Source of the DNA: the human T2T-CHM13v2.0 reference genome, Homo sapiens
Reading direction: 5' to 3' (one strand)
Assembly (NCBI RefSeq): GCF_009914755.1
Contig: NC_060926.1
DNA length: 64,000 nucleotides
The position numbers were made by a program, and so were the translations under genes. How positions within the stretch are numbered: the stretch's first letter is position 1; every line of letters starts with the position of its first letter. This document shows positions 58,480-64,000 of this stretch, in pieces. The notes under the pieces are model-generated. The model saw nothing but the letters and a program-made list of their open reading frames with translations. It did not search any database and was not told the DNA's origin.

Positions 58480-58998
58480 TCAGACTGCCCCTCCAATACC
58501 AGTAACAGACAGGACCTTCATGTGATGCGCTAATAGGCTTACTGCCCACCAGAAGTCTCCTTTTAATGTCCTCCTCTCCCCCACCCCCGCCCAGGGTTGG
58601 GGCGGACCGTCCCTGAGGTGTCCTTCACAGTTCTGATGACGAATAAAAGCCTAGGGACTCTGCGGAGACTGAAATTTTATCACTGATTCATGATGCCATG
58701 AGCCCCCTCCTGCTTGTGAGCTGGTTGCTTGGAATCCGGGGTGCAGTCTGGGGTGAAGGGCTGTAATTTACTGGGCATAGTCACTCCCCTTCCTCGCTTG
58801 TCATACCATTGGATTAGGTGCTCACACAGGGTAGAGACCTGTCTACTCATTCCGGAGTCCCAGTGCCTCCTGTCCTGCTACTGCACTCAAAGGGTGTATT
58901 ACTTTGTTTGTACATTGTCTCCCACTCACTAAAATAAAAGTTCTGCAAGGCAGGGGCGTTGTCTCTCACGTCCACCTCTGTGCCTTGCCCAGTTGTAA

Positions 58999-59805
<807 letters not shown>

Positions 59806-60332
59806 AAGTAGTTGTAGAATACAGTTGTTGAAGAAGTATGTGAGTGAATAGATAATAGTTTCAGATTCCCACGGTGTTTCTGATAACATTTTGTACTCAT
59901 CAAATCGACTGACAATATAAACGTAATCTTCGTTCTCTTCCAGTGTTTATGTGACAGTAAGTGATAAGTTCTGCAAGGGTAAGGCTGTTCCCTGTGGCGT
60001 TCACTTCCACACCTTGTCCGTAATAAGTGTCCAATAGATAGTTGTTGAATGAATGGATAAATGAACCCAATAACATTTGTTGTAGGAAGAAAAATCACAG
60101 TGACAATCAGAAGGTCTCCAGAGAAGGGAGGCAGGAAGAGCAGGGAAGTGTTGTTCCATACAGTTGCTAACTCTTTATTACATCCTTTATGTCTGTCCCA
60201 TCCTGGCTCCTCGCCTGGGCCCACACTGCCCATGCAGGGATAACCTGGGATAACCAGCCGTGGGTGCTCACTTACCTCGAGGAAGTTGACTCTTGTACAG
60301 TCTTCCAACTCCCATTTGCCCCTGCCGTTACA

Positions 60333-60940
60333 TTTCCCCCAAATTTGCAAAACTCCTAACAATATACATGGCATTACCAATAATGCATTGTGAAGCTGAA
60401 ATAGACTTTTCTAAACTGTCAATGAAAGGCAAATTTTGATCAAACGTGCTAGAGGAAAGACTGAATTATCCCTTCTGTTCTCTCTAGAGAAAATCATATC
60501 ATAAGATTGTTATATGAAGTCGCAATCAGTGTGCAGACCCTACTCTCTGGTCTGAAAAAATATTATAGAGGTGTGTCAGGCAGTTTATGAAAATATTTTA
60601 TAGGCCGGCCATGGTGGCTCATGCCTGTAATCTCAGCGCTTTGGGAGGCTGAGGTGGCAGGTCACAATGTTGGGAGTTCAAGACCAGCCTGACCAATGTG
60701 ATGAAACCCCATCTCTACTAAAAATACAAAAATTAGCCAGGTGTGGTGGTACAGGCCTGTAATCCCAGCCACCGGGAGGCTGAGGCAGGAGAAACACTTG
60801 AACCTGGGAGGCGGAGGTTGCAGTGAGCGGAGAGTGCCATTGCACTCCAGCCTGTGCAACAAGAGCGAGACTCCATCTAAATAAATAAATAAGCAACAAA
60901 ATTGCATAAGCTTTAGGGTCCACACAGCCTGGATCTATTC
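60333..60940 (+). mobile_element. hAT (Tip100/Zaphod-like) transposon 3' remnant with a transposase C-terminal fossil, interrupted by an Alu at 60603-60892
   Basis: Translates to [39 protein letters not shown], matching the hAT dimerisation motif LP.T....ERSFS.L..IK...RS.M.EERLN. Confidence 0.75.
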
Positions 60941-61489
60941 CAGTCCCCTCTGAGTAACAGTGGGGAAATTCCCTGGTGCAGGAGTCACAGTTCCTTCTTT
61001 CTGCTTTTCCACGTCTCATTCCAGCCGTGTCTTACGTCCTTAGGAGAGCTCACTGGGTTTTTGTTTTTTGTTTTTTGTTTTCTGAATTTAATTGACTTTG
61101 AGGAGAGAGGCAGAGGGGACACATGACCCAAGGTGTCCTTCGTCAGAAAGGCGGCCAGGTTGGGAGGAAGTAGGGGAGTCCTGTGTGAATTCAGAAGATG
61201 TCAGAGCCGGAATTGTGGTGGAAGTCACATTCACAGAGACTTCAGTTAATTGAGAGAAACACCTTTCTCATAGTTGACCTTCTGCTGGCAACGCTGCCTG
61301 GGCAGGCAGGTGGATTCCATGGTATCTGAAGTCTCCCCTTTCAGCACCTAGATGCTGAGGGGAGCAGTTAAGGCCTCACAGGAGGGACTGGTACTTGGAG
61401 GTTGGACTTGACACGGGGGCAGGGCGGAGCCTGGTCTCACAAACCCTGTGCCTTCGATGTTCTGCTAATATTAACAGGAATATATCATA

Positions 61490-63770
61490 AGTTCTTAGAT
61501 GATATGTGAAATTATATAATACCATTTGAAAGTTGACTCTGATAAGTTGGATGTATACTATAAACCCTAAAGCAACCATTAAAGAAACAAAGAATTATAG
61601 CTAATAAGCCAATAAAGAAGATAAAATAGAATCATCAAATATGCTCCATTAATCTATAAGTAGGCTGAAAAAGAAGAAAAGAGAAACAGAAAACATGTAG
61701 GACCAATAGAAAACAAATTTCAAGATGATAGACTTAATCCTAATTGTATCAGTAATCACATTAAATAAAAATGGTCTAACACTCCCAATTAAAGGCAGAT
61801 AATATCAGATTGGATATCAAAGCAAGACCCAACCATGCTGACTTCATGAGGTGCGCTTAAATATAAGAACACATAAGGTAGGCCAGGTGCGGTGGCTCAT
61901 GCCTGTGATCCCAGCTCTTTGGGAGGCCGAGGCGGGCGGCTCACCTGAGGTCAGGAGTTCAAGACCAGCCTGGCCAAATGGTGAAACTCTGTCTCTACAA
62001 AAATACAAAAATTAGCCGGGCATGATGGTGGGCGCCTGTAACCTCAGCTACTCAGGAGGCTGTGGCAGAAGAATCGCTTAAATCTGGGAGGGGGAGGTTG
62101 CAGTGGGTAAAGATCGTGCCATTGCACTCAAACCTGGGTGACAGAGTGAGACTACGTCTCAAAAAAAAAAGGGTCAGGCGCGGTGGGTCATGCCTGTAAT
62201 CCCAGCACTTTGGGAGGCCGAGACGGGTGGATCACGAGATCAGGAGATCGAGACCATTCTGGCTAACATGGTGAAACCCCGTCTCCACTACAAATACAAA
62301 AAAAAAAAAAATTAGCCAGGCGTGGTGGTGGGCGCTTGCAGTCCCAGCTACTCAGGAGGCTGAGGCAGGAGAATGGCATGAACCTGGGAGGCGGAGCTTG
62401 CAGAGGGCAGAGATCATGCCACTGCACTCCAGCCTGGGCGATACAGCGAGACTGTCTCAAAAAAAAAAAAAAAAAAAAAGAACACGTAAGGTAGGTCAGG
62501 AGTTCGAGACCAGCCTGGCCAACATGGTGAAACCCCATCTCTACTAAAAATACAAAAAAAAAAAAAAAAAATTAGCTGGGCATGGTCGTGGGTGCCTGTA
62601 ATCCCAGCTAGTCAGGAGGCTGAGGCAGGAGAAGTGCTTGAACCCACGAGGCGGAGGTTGCAGTTGCAGTGAGCCAAGACCACACCATTGCACTCCAGCC
62701 TGGGCAACAAGACTGAAGCTCCATCTCAAAAAAAGAAAGAAAAAAAAGGTAAAAGTAAAAAAGATGGAAAAAGTTAGACATACAAACACTAGTCAAAAGA
62801 AAGCTGGAGTGGCTAGATTAATGTTAGACCAAGTTGATTGCACAGGGATAGTGCATTTCATAATGACAAAGGGGTCAATTCACCCAGAAGACATAAAAAT
62901 CCTAAATGTTTATGCACATAGATCTTCAAAACACATGAAGCAAAAACTGATAGAATGGTAAGGAGAAATAAAGAAACTTCCAATTATGGCTGGAGATTTC
63001 AATACCTCTGTTTCAATAATTGGTAGAGCACGAAAATAGAAAAATAATTAAGGATATAGAAGATTTCAACATTATCAACAGACATGGCCTGAAAGAGTCC
63101 ACCCAAGAACAGAACACACTATTCAAGTGCATGCCCATGGAAGATTTACCAAGGTAGATCATATTCTAGGTTATAAACCAAGTTTCAATAAATTTTACAA
63201 GATTAGAATCATGTTAAGTATCTTCTCTGGCCACAATGAAATTAAATTGGAAATCAATAATAGACTTCTGGGAAATCCTCAAATGCTTATAAACTTGATA
63301 ACACACTTCTAAAGAAGCCATGGGTCAAGAAGAAATCAAAGGGACATTACAAAGTCTTCTTTGGATTGAATGAAAATGAAAACACAACATATCAGAATGT
63401 TGGAGGTATCGTTAAAACAGCCGTTAGGGGAGAATTTATAGCACTAAGTGTCCAAATGAGAAAAAAATAGAGGTCTCAAATCAATGTCCTCAGCTTACAC
63501 ATTAAGAAACTAGAAAAAAGAGACCAAATTAAACCAAACTAAGCAAAAGAAAGGAAATAATGAAGATCAAAGCAGAAATCAGTGGAACAGAAAACAGAAA
63601 AATAATAGAGAAAATGAATGAAACTGAAAGCTGGTTATTTGAGAAGATCAATAAAATTGATAAACTTACTACCAGATTGTTTAAAAAAAAAGACTCAAAT
63701 TATCAATCAGGAATGAAAGAGGTGACTTCCTTAGATATTCTGAAAATATTAACAGGAACATAAGGAATAT
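61490..63770 (+). mobile_element. Old L1 (L1M) ORF2 endonuclease region, interrupted by Alus
   Basis: ORF2-like peptides HFIMTKGSIHPEDIKILNVYA, FTKVDHILG...SIFSGHNEIKLEIN and IIEKMNETESWLFEKINKIDK, with stops and frameshifts. Confidence 0.9.
61881..62748 (+). mobile_element. Three head-to-tail sense Alus (61881-62170, AluY-like 62171-62479, 5'-truncated 62495-62748)
   Basis: Alu bodies; one TSD AAGAACAC(A/G)TAAGGTA brackets the first two. Confidence 0.92.
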
Positions 63771-63778
63771 TTTTGTGG

Positions 63779-64000
63779 TGTTATGATGTATATTGGTTTT
63801 CATCCACAGTTTCTGGCACATAACTCCCATAGCCCTTGTTACAGTCTTTTGTTGGGTGTATTAGGCCTCAGGGGCAGGCCTCTGACCTGCCCTCTTCACT
63901 TGCTCCAAGGCAGGACTCTAATGTTCCCCTGCCTCTCTCATTGTGGGTCTTAAGACCCTCCTATGTGAACTCCCACCCTGTGCTCTGGGGGAAGGAATCC
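63779..64000. mobile_element. ERVL LTR (MER21-like), runs off the end of the window
   Basis: TGTTATGATGTATATTGGTTTTCATCCACAGTTTCTGGCACATAACTCCCATAGCCCTTG start. Confidence 0.65.

Overview
This is primate (human-like) genomic DNA rich in Alu, L1, L2, MIR and LTR remnants. It contains one real protein-coding gene, B3GNT2 (GT31 beta-1,3-N-acetylglucosaminyltransferase 2, the main poly-LacNAc synthase), on the + strand. The gene has a CpG-island promoter, a non-coding exon 1 (~16.3-16.58 kb), a 25.9-kb GT-AG intron carrying the MIR5192 hairpin, and one coding exon (CDS 42447-43640) with two AATAAA signals. Nearly all other ORF-track entries are Alu, L1 or GC-rich artefacts. I found no evidence of a wholly new multi-gene system. 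The most noteworthy observations are: (1) a decayed tandem copy of the start of the B3GNT2 coding exon about 10 kb downstream (52656-52860); (2) a three-uORF leader, including a splice-spanning uORF whose stop overlaps the main ATG and an out-of-frame ATG 7 nt upstream that is also kept in the decayed copy; (3) a near-pristine AluYb8-type insertion; (4) an 80-bp quasi-palindrome at an Alu/L1 junction; (5) fossil non-L1 LINE reverse-transcriptase and hAT-transposase peptides. Repeat subfamily names and boundaries were assigned by eye and need RepeatMasker/Dfam confirmation.
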